Assembly (NCBI GenBank): GCA_965263355.1
Contig: CBDHHL010000032.1
Location: 768,001 to 832,000 of the forward strand
Direction: 5' to 3'
From: Leptolyngbyaceae cyanobacterium
GTDB lineage: Bacteria; Cyanobacteriota; Cyanobacteriia; Phormidesmidales; Phormidesmidaceae
DNA length: 64,000 nucleotides
The notes beneath the pieces are model-generated. The model ran no database searches. It saw only the letters and a program-made list of their open reading frames with translations, and was not told the origin of the DNA. Below, one piece after another: positions 11,484-21,984 of the stretch; positions within the stretch are counted from its first letter, which is position 1, and the number at the start of each line of letters is the position of its first letter. The translations under genes were made by a program, and so were the position numbers.

Positions 11484-14345
11484 TTAGTTAACAACAGAGT
11501 AATTTTGTGGTTCTATATTGGCTGATTGCTTTCCATATTGAGCTGATGTTGGCACAGTCTCAGAGAGTTGTAATATACCGATGTTGAAATTGCCTTGTTG
11601 CTGATCAGAAATTTCAAACTCAAGCATGTCTGAACTATTTTGAGATAAATGCAACCTATAGAGCCCTGATTTTAGGCCAACTGCGACAAAACGACCTGTG
11701 CGATTAGTAAAAAACTCGACGATGGGCCAATTAGGATCTGATAAGGACTCTATCCATCCTTGTTGTAGGGTAACAGCTTCCTGGTTTTGATCAACCAATA
11801 CACCTCGCAACAATACGGTTGCCTCAGTTCCAGTTTTGATCAATGTTCCACTCCGATAGGTAGGTAAGAGTTGATAGCTTGGTTGGCCTAAATCTTCTCC
11901 CAAACTTAGCTCAGGTGCATCCAAGGACACTTGAGTCAATTGATAAGGTGCAATTGGAAGGACTGCAGCTCCTGAGCCATTGGCCTGCGCCATATCACCA
12001 GATAACGTAGGGTTGACATGTACAGTTTCTCCGACAGCGCTTCCCCGACGCGTTATCAAAGCAAAACTGTTATCGATAGGTCGAGACCAACCCCAAACCC
12101 CATCCACAAAAGCAATGGCTGTACCCCAAGTTACAGTAGAACTATTTTCAATCGAGCCCTTTTGATCACGGGGTAGCATAAATTGGTGATTTAATCCAAT
12201 GCTACTGCGGTAACCTTGGTACTGTAACTGTCCATTAATTCCATAGCTCTGAGGCGCTTGTGTCAGGGTCAGGTTCGGCGTTATTGAACCTAATGTGTGA
12301 TTTGGAGAATAGCTCCAATTGAGAGTGTTGTAGGGCTCTAACGTATTATTGAACTCTGTTCGTGTGTTAAACCGCTGGCCAGAAAATGGGAGTGCCCCAT
12401 TGAGGCCAATACTAAAGCGATGATTTGTCTCACGGGAAGAATCTTGACCATAGTGATAGCCAAGGTTAAGATTCATGCCTGACGCTAATGATCGAGATAG
12501 GTTTATGCCAATGTTATAAGCATCACTACCTTCTCGGTTGATTTGATACCCACCGTTGAACCTGGCTTGAATATTTTCTAAAATAGTCTGTTGATAGGTA
12601 ACGGATAGGTTCAATGCAGTTGAATTTTTGGGAGTTTCTTGACCCAAAATCGAAAAATCTTCACCTCGATATTCTAGCGCTAAGCGTAATTGTCGGTTTT
12701 GAGAAGAGTTTTGAGATGCTTCTAGCCATTCATAAAATAATTTGCCTGCAATATCTAACCCATGGTCAGTATGATTGCTCGTTGCCATATCCCAGCCAAT
12801 GTTACCGGCTGTAGTTGCCCAAGTACCATTTAGACCAACCATTTGTTGGGTAGTGTCTCCCTGTAAATAACCACCTAAGGTCAGATTAGGCGTTAGACCC
12901 ACCCGGTGGAACATCGATAACGTAGGTCGTGATAAATCATAAAATTTTAATGGCTGCTGTTCTATGACAGGAAATCCAGCATTATAGGCAAACTGATGAA
13001 CACCTTCAGCTAAAAGTTCACCAGCAACTCCAGTGGAAAAATTAAGAGTTTCTGTCTGTCCTAAGTCATTTGTAATTTCTAATCGAATATCATTAATACC
13101 CGTCTTTAAAGGTAAGTCACGAATATCTTGTGGGCCAGCCTCTAATTGCAAGGTGGTTGTTAATTCGTCATTGACAAAAACTTTAACCGTTGATGTCCGT
13201 TCCAAAAAAAAATTATATCTACTAGTAGGGCGTGCCACTCGAAATGGCTGTAGTGAAAAATTACGAACAATAGAAACTCCAAAAAGTGATGGGCTAGTTT
13301 GATACCCTGCTGTAGGGATTGATAAATCACCGAAGGTGTAGCGAATAGCTTGATCAGACGCATCTCGCACAATACTAAACCGATCTAGTTGCAATGATTG
13401 GCCTACTGTCGCCTGACCATAAGCTTCTAATACCCAGCCTTGCCAATTAATTGCCCCATCAAACTGTAAACCTAATGGCTCTAGCTTAGTGTCATCTGTC
13501 CAGTTAATTTTCTGGTTACCCCTTAAATTGAGATAGCCACTCAACTGACCAGGTAATGTTAATGCAGACTCACTAGGGCTATCCGAGGGACCACTAAGAC
13601 TATGAAAATTAGTGCGTCTGAGATCAGAAGGTACATTAACTTGAAGCTCTAAACGCCTGCGGTCAAAATGTGCTTCTAAACCTTCGCTCTGAATCGTTGA
13701 CAAGCTTAGTTGATCATCTGTAGCGATAGCCAATTGCAAATTACTTTGTATGATTTCACTCAAGCTATCTTGTACCAATGTCAAAAATGTATTGCCTGCT
13801 ATCATTACATGGGCAACTTCATTGTGGGGATGAATAAGAATATTCCCAGAGAAGCGACCATTAAGAATCATGGGTACTTCTATTTGAGCAGAGTTGAAAT
13901 CGGAAGGTTGTCCAAATACCTGTTCAAATAGCTGAGTCTCATCCAATGTAGTATTATCTGGTGCTTGAGCTATTGTTTGTGACTTGATTTGAATATTATC
14001 TGTTTCTAGCTGCGTATTATCTATTTCTATAGTGTCACCTGATACCTTAGAGAAATGAACTTCGCTTTTATCAGATTGTAAAGATAACTGTTGATTATGG
14101 CCTAAATCAGAAACTTCTGAGCCTTGGGCTAAAGTCTCTGAACGATGATCATCTAACAAATCAGGCTCTAAGTTCTTCTTTACAGAAAAGAGAACAACTA
14201 TTTTTGGCTCCTCAATGACCGATAAAACTTGCTGTTCAATATCCTCTTGAAATGCTTCTCCAGATATCTCAGGGTTAACGTTTATGGAAACAGAGTTTAC
14301 TTCTGCAGGAACAGCATTATAAGCATTAAATACAGGCGGGAACAT
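11484..14345 (-). CDS. Fimbrial outer-membrane usher protein
   Basis: STVKVFVND...LEAGPQDIRDLPLKTGINDIRLEITNDLG, SRPIDNSFALI, FFTNRTGRF; beta-rich; downstream of chaperone and pilins. Confidence 0.9.
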   Translation of the reverse strand: MFPPVFNAYNAVPAEVNSVSINVNPEISGEAFQEDIEQQVLSVIEEPKIVVLFSVKKNLEPDLLDDHRSETLAQGSEVSDLGHNQQLSLQSDKSEVHFSKVSGDTIEIDNTQLETDNIQIKSQTIAQAPDNTTLDETQLFEQVFGQPSDFNSAQIEVPMILNGRFSGNILIHPHNEVAHVMIAGNTFLTLVQDSLSEIIQSNLQLAIATDDQLSLSTIQSEGLEAHFDRRRLELQVNVPSDLRRTNFHSLSGPSDSPSESALTLPGQLSGYLNLRGNQKINWTDDTKLEPLGLQFDGAINWQGWVLEAYGQATVGQSLQLDRFSIVRDASDQAIRYTFGDLSIPTAGYQTSPSLFGVSIVRNFSLQPFRVARPTSRYNFFLERTSTVKVFVNDELTTTLQLEAGPQDIRDLPLKTGINDIRLEITNDLGQTETLNFSTGVAGELLAEGVHQFAYNAGFPVIEQQPLKFYDLSRPTLSMFHRVGLTPNLTLGGYLQGDTTQQMVGLNGTWATTAGNIGWDMATSNHTDHGLDIAGKLFYEWLEASQNSSQNRQLRLALEYRGEDFSILGQETPKNSTALNLSVTYQQTILENIQARFNGGYQINREGSDAYNIGINLSRSLASGMNLNLGYHYGQDSSRETNHRFSIGLNGALPFSGQRFNTRTEFNNTLEPYNTLNWSYSPNHTLGSITPNLTLTQAPQSYGINGQLQYQGYRSSIGLNHQFMLPRDQKGSIENSSTVTWGTAIAFVDGVWGWSRPIDNSFALITRRGSAVGETVHVNPTLSGDMAQANGSGAAVLPIAPYQLTQVSLDAPELSLGEDLGQPSYQLLPTYRSGTLIKTGTEATVLLRGVLVDQNQEAVTLQQGWIESLSDPNWPIVEFFTNRTGRFVAVGLKSGLYRLHLSQNSSDMLEFEISDQQQGNFNIGILQLSETVPTSAQYGKQSANIEPQNYSVVN

Positions 14346-14372
14346 TTAAAAACCACTCTCAACTTATGAGAA

Positions 14373-15128
14373 TTAATTATCAAACTGAAAGGTAGCTGTT
14401 ACATCCCCAACAGGAAGTTCTTCTGGCCAGGAAAGATAAAATTGACGCTGTTGCCCTGGCAGTATTACTCGACCCTTCATTTCCTTCACATTTGCAGGAG
14501 TCAGTTGCACTGTCTGTCCCTGACCCACCAACTCTAACTGCCAGTCATTTAACCGAGCATTGCCATTTCCTTGATTTGCAAGAGTGACTAATAGCTTAGT
14601 CTCGCCGGAGTCGACTACCGTTGGCTCTACCGACACCAAACTGAGGTCAGGAACTACCCCTAGGGGACGAATAAAGACAGTTGTTACGTAGCGGAAAGAA
14701 AGCTTGATTTCTCCATGGGTTCGGGTAGGAACTTCTGCTTCAGGATCCAATAAATTTATGGGTAGCTGTTCTGCGATTAAGCGATAGGTTAACTCTTGAG
14801 CCGGGGCTGGATCACCCAGCCAGGTGACTCGCACCGTTTGAACTTCATCGGGTGCGAGGATCATTTGGGGGGGATAGACTAAAAAATCCTCCTCAGCAGG
14901 GGTAAAGTTTTCTTCGCCTGTAAGATTTATTTCAGTAGATACCATGGATACTTCAACGGCAATGGGCTCATCTGTGTTGTTAACAATCTCATAGGACTGA
15001 ATGGAGTCTGAGCCGGTTGGAGTAAATACCTGGGATAGAGGGTTGAATTGAAATGCCAGTGCTGTACGTATGCCGCTGAGCAGTAAAACTGTGGTTAAAG
15101 TTAGAATGGAAGAGAGAGATTTGATCAC
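14373..15128 (-). CDS. Periplasmic pilus chaperone (PapD-like)
   Basis: Signal peptide; FLVYPPQMILAPDEVQTVRV, ELTYRLIAEQLP, LANQGN. Confidence 0.9.
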   Translation of the reverse strand: MIKSLSSILTLTTVLLLSGIRTALAFQFNPLSQVFTPTGSDSIQSYEIVNNTDEPIAVEVSMVSTEINLTGEENFTPAEEDFLVYPPQMILAPDEVQTVRVTWLGDPAPAQELTYRLIAEQLPINLLDPEAEVPTRTHGEIKLSFRYVTTVFIRPLGVVPDLSLVSVEPTVVDSGETKLLVTLANQGNGNARLNDWQLELVGQGQTVQLTPANVKEMKGRVILPGQQRQFYLSWPEELPVGDVTATFQFDN

Positions 15129-15130
15129 TG

Positions 15131-15598
15131 CTAATTATCACTAACGGAAAGGTCAATAGAGCCGGTATAGTTGCCGGGATCTTGAAACGTGAGGGGCGTG
15201 TAGCGGATATACACATCTCTATTTTCAGTCCCGGCAGAACCGGTATCATATGTATAGTTATTCCCTGACAATGTTGAGAAATCTCCACTGCTGGGAGGCG
15301 AAGCATTATCGGTAACCGTAGTCACCTGAAATGATATGGCTTGACCACCGACGCGATCGATATCTCCTGAGGAAATAGTCAGAGTTAACCCCGAACCACT
15401 ATCAGTTGAAATCTCGATGTCAGCGATTTTAACCACGTGGGTCGATGCGTTGCCTTCCCCATCTAAGTCAAGCTGACCAGCGTTGGTCGTGGATGTGGTG
15501 GTCAATGTAGGCGCTGCCAAAGCAGGCAGAACACATACACTCCAGAGTCCTACAATTAAGTATCCTGTTCGGATCACGACAAGCTTCACCTCCGTCAA
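15131..15598 (-). CDS. Chaperone-usher pilin-like subunit (minor)
   Basis: Signal peptide (ALA); S/T/G-rich; C-terminal PGNYTGSIDLSV strand; paralogous to upstream gene. Confidence 0.75.
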   Translation of the reverse strand: MTEVKLVVIRTGYLIVGLWSVCVLPALAAPTLTTTSTTNAGQLDLDGEGNASTHVVKIADIEISTDSGSGLTLTISSGDIDRVGGQAISFQVTTVTDNASPPSSGDFSTLSGNNYTYDTGSAGTENRDVYIRYTPLTFQDPGNYTGSIDLSVSDN

Positions 15599-15626
15599 TG
15601 ATATTTAAAAAGTCTCTAGAATAGAC

Positions 15627-16121
15627 TTAAGTGAGCTCGTTGTTGGAAATAGTCACGGTGATGTCATCGCTATAGGTGCCAGGATCCACGTACGCCGGAG
15701 CATCGTACTCAATGTATAAATCTTGAGCAGCTGCATTACTGTTAAAGTCGGTATTATCAACATTCACAACAGATGAGGCACTAGAAAAGTCACCATGGGC
15801 TGGTATGACTCCTTCATCAACAAGCAATAACTGACTAGTCAGGGTGCCATCACTACTGGCTGTTAGCTCAATACCCTGGCTGTTGTTCGCGGTTAGTGCG
15901 ATATCAGCTACTTTAATAACATTGTTATCATTAGATGTACCCTCACCGTAAAGGTTAAGTTGATCAGCATTACCAGCACCAGTGGTGCGAGTAACACTCA
16001 TAGTAGTATGGGCATTAACAGTACCACTAAGAGTAACAGTGTCAGCAAATGCAGCGGTGCTACCAAACATTAAAGTACCTGCTACCAAGCCAGCGATCAG
16101 TGCAAAACGACGCATAGTCAT
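15627..16121 (-). CDS. Chaperone-usher pilin-like subunit (probable major)
   Basis: Signal peptide (AAFA); TVTLSGTV N-terminal strand; PGTYSDDITVTI C-terminus. Confidence 0.8.
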   Translation of the reverse strand: MTMRRFALIAGLVAGTLMFGSTAAFADTVTLSGTVNAHTTMSVTRTTGAGNADQLNLYGEGTSNDNNVIKVADIALTANNSQGIELTASSDGTLTSQLLLVDEGVIPAHGDFSSASSVVNVDNTDFNSNAAAQDLYIEYDAPAYVDPGTYSDDITVTISNNELT

Positions 16122-17039
16122 AAACGAAATGCTCCAAAAGTCAATAAGTGATCCTCAAGAATTCTAAGGTGAAATAAACCTCAGAATTTAAAGCCAACAA
16201 CGAGAGAAAAAAGTGCCAACTTCCAAGAACTCAATACCCTAAGAGAGATTTTATTAGGGTGTCAAACTTGAGCTTGTTGTCTCTCGCTTACGAGTGTAAG
16301 AATTCTTTGGGGTATGGTCGTCACCATTCTTACGCAACTTTTTATACGAGCAAACTCTGTAAATTGCTTGATCCAAAGACGCTTCATTGCCTACAACAAC
16401 TTTAAATTTCAAATTAAAGATTCTTAAAATGAGTAACCATTATTACTAGAAAGCCAACCAATGCAGGAGATTCAGAAATTAAAAGTTGTATTAACTAGAA
16501 CGATAGTTTTCTGGCAAAAATACTGAAAGTTTTGAGAATCAAGACTAGTTAATTTCACAGAGACGATAATTTATAGCTACGCCAATTAGCATAGCCATCT
16601 AAGATAATTGGCGTTTTTTATAATAAAATCCATAAGACAAGAGCGCAATTATTTCAATACCCTATAGTCTCAAGGCAAGATCGATTCTTGGTTTAGCGAA
16701 TCACACAAATCTCAAGGCATAAGTTTTCTGCAGTTTAACTATGACCGAGAGTTGGCATGAAATCTGCTTGCCGCCTATCTGTAGCTTGCTATATTTTTTG
16801 AATCTCGTTTCTCCCTGAATTGGAAAACTGTCTGTGCAAAGAGGTTATCTTTTCTGGCTTCTTAGTTGTTGTCTCAGTCTTTAATACGTTCAAGTAAACT
16901 CTCATCAGATGATCGATCACTAGATGTTCTAGGTTTTTGACGCGCCAACTCATAAAAGATGGCTCTCGATCAATGTTGCAAATGACCAAATATCAATTTT
17001 TTTGACACTTTAGAATAAAGACTAGGTGATACTTGAATT

Positions 17040-18693
17040 GTAGCTGTCTATTTCTCCGTCAGGAGAGATGCTGAGAGGCAGTATAATAAAGAAGCCCCCA
17101 ACCCCGATAATTTATTGGATTCAAGGTTAGCGTTAGATGCCTTCAGATGATCTGACCCTACTCATCACTCAGCTCGGACTACGTCTTGAAGAACAAGGAC
17201 GTCAGCTTCAGTGTCAGGCAGAGCAGCTCGAAGAGCAACGCACTCAAATTAAGGAGCAAGCAGACCAGATAAAGGAGTTAGAGACTGAGAATAGTCGTTT
17301 GAAAGACCTTTTGAAGCAGCAAGGGGATTCCAAGGGGTCAAAAGCCCCGAAATTCAACGAGAACTATAGTGTCGATACGCATCAGGGTAATAAAAAAAGC
17401 AAACGATGACGTCAAGCGACAGGACGACGTTCTCATCAAAGCAAGTTATCGTTAATCGATGTTTACCAGGACGTGTATGAGCCAGGGGTGGATGCATCAG
17501 AGTGCATCGAACGGGGTCACCAGTATGTGTGGCGAATTATTGATGGGAAGGCGACCTATGTGTGCTATCGGTTATTTGCTCGCCCGCAGACTCAGGAGTT
17601 ACCAACCATTACCGGAGTTCGCAATCGCCTGAGTGAATACGGTATCGAGATTATTGTGACAGTGGCGTTCTTGCACTATTGGGTGGGGATATCGTTGGAT
17701 AATAGCTGTGGAGTGATTGGCTTCTTTACCGGATTAGTGTTGTCCAAGTCGCAAGCCAATTCCTTGCTTGAGCAATTGAGTCGTGACTGGCAAGCCCAAT
17801 ACGATACGATAGCGGAGTTACTGGCCCATCAATTGGTGCTCTACATTGACGAGACCGGGTGGAAAGTGGGCAATGGGAGTTGTTACACTTGGGTGTTTTC
17901 AACGACAATGCATGTGTTGTTCCGATGTGGTGTAAGTCGGGGCAAAGCAGAAGCTCAGGCCGTGGTCGGAGAGCAGTTTGCTGGCATTGGGGTGAGTGAT
18001 GATTATGGAGTGTACCAATCGTTATTCACCGAACACCAATTGTGTTGGGCACATCTACTGCGTAAAACAATTAAGTTGATGCTTCAGCATCCAGAGCAGA
18101 CCACATACAAGACCTTTTTGGACAGTCTTTATCGAATTTATCAACAGGCCGTTCGTTGGCAAAAGGACCAACGCTTAAGCTCAGGGCGTGCCGACAAAGT
18201 TAAGCAGTTACAACACCGTATTCGCAAATTATGTTGTGAGGCAGGTACTCCCATTGACAAGGAGACGATGGACACTGATCAGCAGACTTTTATTCGGTTA
18301 CAAAATGAATTGATCAATGGACTTGAGTCCTTATTTGTATTTGTGATTCATCCGGACGTGGAATCCACCAACAATCGTAGTGAACGGAATATCCGACGGG
18401 AGGCTGAAGTCAGAAAAGGGGGACGGACCAGTAAAACCCCACAAGGGGCAAAACGTCGAGGTATTATTATGACGGTATTAGCTACCTTGAATACTCGATT
18501 CGAGCACTTTACCCTCAACCTCCTGTTAACTGAAATTAACCGATGGATAGAGGACGGACAATCTCTGTTTCAGTCTGAATTGGATAATATCTATCAGGCT
18601 CAGCCTCCACCCATTGCTTAATCTCTTAAACCAACGCTAATTACCTTGGTCTCTCTGTAGAGGCAACAGTTAGTGGTTTAAATAGACACTTAC
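17040..18693 (+). mobile_element. IS66-family insertion sequence (1654 bp)
   Basis: TIRs GTAGCTGTCTATTT / AAATAGACACTTAC; 8-bp TSD CTTGAATT at 17032-17039 and 18694-18701. Confidence 0.92.
17137..18621 (+). pseudogene. IS66 transposase interrupted by one in-frame TGA (17407-17409)
   Basis: ORFs 17137-17409 and 17473-18621 are in the same frame with no other stop between; DETGW, QLCWAHLLR, TNNRSER motifs. Confidence 0.88.
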
Positions 18694-18983
18694 CTTGAAT
18701 TTCCGTCGTTTAATTTAGCTTTTGATAAGCTATCATTCATTCTTCTTGTTATTTCTTGAGGCTTTTAGCATCTGAAAGGAGGATTTTCTGCTACTGCTGC
18801 ACTCGGTCAAACCTTAGCCAATTACTTTGACAAAGGCGAGGGCTTATCTCTACTTGGTTAGAGAAATCACCTAGCAGGTAAACAAAATTCAAGGGAATTA
18901 CGCAAGCACTTTGTTATAGATCTAGTCACTTTTTCTCAACCAAATATCTAGTTAAATAGATTACCTTATTTAATAAATCAATG

Positions 18984-20519
18984 GTAACTACTTAGGCTTA
19001 AAAAAATAATGAAATATCCTAACTGATGGTCAGGTTCCAGGTAGGTGACCAGTGAGCAAGCAACACCCACCAATTCAGCTGAGCGAAGCAGAGATCCGTG
19101 CAGTGTATGCGGAAGGAGAAGAGGCTGTGGTGAGTTTGGTGACTCAGTTGATGGAACGTCTCACCAAGGTAGAAACCCAAGTCAGTGAGCTCAAAGGCCG
19201 CTTAGGCAAAACCAGTCGAAATAGTCATAAACCACCGTCAGGTGATGGCTTTGGGAAACGCACTAAGAGCTTACGGCGTAAAAGCGACAAGTCATCGGGT
19301 GGTCAGCCTGGTCATCGCGGTCATACCCTTGAATGGAGCAGCGATCCGGATTTTGTGACTCCCCATGAGGTGACGGTGTGTTCAGGGTGTGGAGAGTCGT
19401 TAGTGAGTGTCCCTGTCGATGAGGTGTTAGCTCGTCAAGTAGTTGACATTCGACCGATAGAGTCATTGGTCACTGAGCATCAAGTCGAGGTAAAACGTTG
19501 CCCGAAATGTGGTCAGTCCACTCAAGGGAGCTTTCCTGCTGAGGCCAGCACGGTTGTGCAGTATGGTCCTCGTCTCAAGGCCATGATGGTGTACCTGATG
19601 GAGGGACAACTGTTACCGTCGCATCGAGCCTGTGAGGTGTTGAAGGACTTAATGAACGTGAGCGTTTCAGACGGAACGTTTTACACCACCCGTGACCAGT
19701 GCTTTGAGCATCTAGGGCCGATAGAGGCAACGATTAAGCAAGCCATAGAGGCCAGTGAGGTTGTTCACTTTGATGAGACCAGTCTGCGGGTCAATCAGCG
19801 TCTGTGGTGGTTGCATGTAGCCTCAACCAATGGGTTGACCTACTACTTTGTCCATCCCAAACGGGGGCAAGTGGCCATGGAGGCGATGGGAGTGTTACCA
19901 GAGGTTGAGGGTAAGGCCGTGCATGATGGTTGGAAGAGTTACCCACTGTATGACTGTGAGCATTTTCTGTGTAATGCCCATCATTTGAGAGAACTGCAGT
20001 ACATGCTAGAACGTTATGGTCAGTGGTGGGCCTTTCAACTAAGTCTGCTATTGGTGACGATTCATACTCACCTCGAAAGCCTTAAAGCCCAGGGGAAACA
20101 GAGGGTATCGATTGAGGACTTGGCCGCATTTGAGTCCCGATATGACGCCATTTTAGAGCAGGGGTTTGCCCAAAACCCAATGCCCCCTCCGTCAAAACCC
20201 AAAAAACGGGGACGACCGAAACGTCCACCCCCGCTTAACCTACTGAAGCGCTTACGTAATCAAAAGGTCTCGGTACTCGGCTTTATGTACGATTTCTCGA
20301 TTCCCTTTGACAACAATCAAGCCGAGCGTGACCTCCGCATGATGAAACTGAAACAGAAAATCTCGGGATGCTTCCGATCTGAGGATGGGGCTAAACAGTT
20401 CTGTCGTATTCGTGGCTATTTGGCTACTTTACGAAAACAAGGGCACAATGTGTGGGACGCGCTTGTCGATTTGTTCTCTGGAAATCCTCAATCACCTCTG
20501 CCACAGCCTAAGTAGTTAC
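18984..20519 (+). mobile_element. IS66-family insertion sequence (1536 bp), apparently intact
   Basis: Perfect 15-bp TIRs GTAACTACTTAGGCT / AGCCTAAGTAGTTAC; 8-bp TSD AATCAATG at 18976-18983 and 20520-20527. Confidence 0.95.
19052..20515 (+). CDS. IS66 family transposase
   Basis: SRNSHKPPSGD, GGQPGH, CxxC zinc finger, HFDET, CNAHHLREL, DNNQAERDLR. Confidence 0.95.
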   Translation: MSKQHPPIQLSEAEIRAVYAEGEEAVVSLVTQLMERLTKVETQVSELKGRLGKTSRNSHKPPSGDGFGKRTKSLRRKSDKSSGGQPGHRGHTLEWSSDPDFVTPHEVTVCSGCGESLVSVPVDEVLARQVVDIRPIESLVTEHQVEVKRCPKCGQSTQGSFPAEASTVVQYGPRLKAMMVYLMEGQLLPSHRACEVLKDLMNVSVSDGTFYTTRDQCFEHLGPIEATIKQAIEASEVVHFDETSLRVNQRLWWLHVASTNGLTYYFVHPKRGQVAMEAMGVLPEVEGKAVHDGWKSYPLYDCEHFLCNAHHLRELQYMLERYGQWWAFQLSLLLVTIHTHLESLKAQGKQRVSIEDLAAFESRYDAILEQGFAQNPMPPPSKPKKRGRPKRPPPLNLLKRLRNQKVSVLGFMYDFSIPFDNNQAERDLRMMKLKQKISGCFRSEDGAKQFCRIRGYLATLRKQGHNVWDALVDLFSGNPQSPLPQPK

Positions 20520-20676
20520 AATCAATGAATAAACTTAAGTTAGCGCGTCTACTACTCTTCTCTTCTAGGTTATGCATGGTGGCAACTACAAAGTTTTCCA
20601 GATATCAGGTGCTTTTATCTATCAATGATTACTTTCCATCATCAAATTTCATTTGTCTATCATCGAAAGCCCTTAA

Positions 20677-21168
20677 ATGACAATACAAAAACATGCTCTG
20701 ATGCAACGAATTCTAGAGCAGTTACCACTAGAAGAACGCTATTCATTTAGTGAACACCAGATTGAAGCTCTCCATCGATCGGCTCTAGCCCTACCTAAAG
20801 CAAAGCATGCAATCAATATACGTTGGTCAATTCCCTTGCCAGGCAAAGGAATATATCTAGTTTTCTTTGCAGGAAAAGAACGACGTTCACATAAACGCCT
20901 ACTTACTGATGGAGACTTTCAGGTACTTCCCAGAGTTGTTCTTATTCTTAGTACATTTCTTGGTTGCGCGCTCGTATTTAGTTTAGCTTATAGTCAGCGT
21001 ATATTATCTGTATCTAAACAGCGTTCAGTATCTAGCTTGGATAAGCCATCAGATATGATCCATCCAACTGTAGTGCCCTTCAAATACGATCAAGAGCAAT
21101 GCGAGGCAAGTTTTCGTGAATGGAAAGATAATGAATGTGTTGACTATGAACATGATCATACTTTCTAA
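20677..21168 (+). CDS. Conserved hypothetical membrane protein
   Basis: HAINIRWSIP...YLVFFAGKERR core, one TM helix, C-terminal C-x11-C. Confidence 0.7.
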   Translation: MTIQKHALMQRILEQLPLEERYSFSEHQIEALHRSALALPKAKHAINIRWSIPLPGKGIYLVFFAGKERRSHKRLLTDGDFQVLPRVVLILSTFLGCALVFSLAYSQRILSVSKQRSVSSLDKPSDMIHPTVVPFKYDQEQCEASFREWKDNECVDYEHDHTF

Positions 21169-21222
21169 ACCCAACTCTGAACTCAGTTACTAAAATAATC
21201 ATATGGATAAAATAAGCTATAC

Positions 21223-21888
21223 GGCACCTCGATTAATTCCCAAAATGGGTCTCAATTTTTACACCTCGGCCTCGAAGATGCGGTGCCAGATGAAAAAACG
21301 GTGTGGTTATTTCGAGAGCGCTTACGTAAAGCAGAGTTGGTAGGGCCATTATTTGAGCAGTTTGGTGCGTATCTCAATGCTACGGGTTACCAGGCCCAGT
21401 GTGGCCAAATTGTGGATGCCACGTTGGTGCCGGTTCTCAAACAACGGAATACCCGAGATGAGAATGCCGAGGTCAAAGCCGGTAAGGTGCCAGAAGATTG
21501 GCAGGATAAACCTCACAAGCTATCGCAAAAAGATGTGGATGCTCGCTGGACGAAAAAGAATGCTCAGACCTATTACGGCTATAAAAACCATATCAATCGG
21601 GATGCAGGGCATGGCTTTATTCGTCGTTACACAGTGACCGATGCATCGGTCCATGATTCGAAAGTGCTCGGTCAATTGCTCGATGTCGACAATAGCGATG
21701 GTGAGATTTGGGCCGATAGTGCCTATCTATCGACTGCCATCGTGGCGGTGTTGACGATGATGGGCTTTGAGAGTCATATCAATGAACGAGCTTATCGTAA
21801 TCGGCCCCTGAATGAACAACAGATTGCCGACTACCGGGAATGCTCCAAAACCCAAGTCAAGGTTGAACATGTGTTTGGTTCGATTTAA
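21223..21888 (+). pseudogene. IS5-family transposase remnant (internally deleted, 3'-truncated)
   Basis: FLHLGLEDAVPDEKTVWLFRE, IVDATLV, YGYKNH, WADSAY, KVEHVFG then a premature end; probable left end GGCACCTCG at 21223. Confidence 0.85.
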
Positions 21889-21984
21889 AGAAGCTATGAG
21901 AAGAAAATTCTCTCCGTGAAACACCTAATGCATATTAGATTTTTCTCAATTAAATTGGTACTGTATTGACTATCATCCGTCACC

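Noticed and set aside
16789..16989. 66-aa ORF as a gene broken by IS66
   Set aside because: Rejoining the empty site on the minus strand gives early stops and no recognisable protein.
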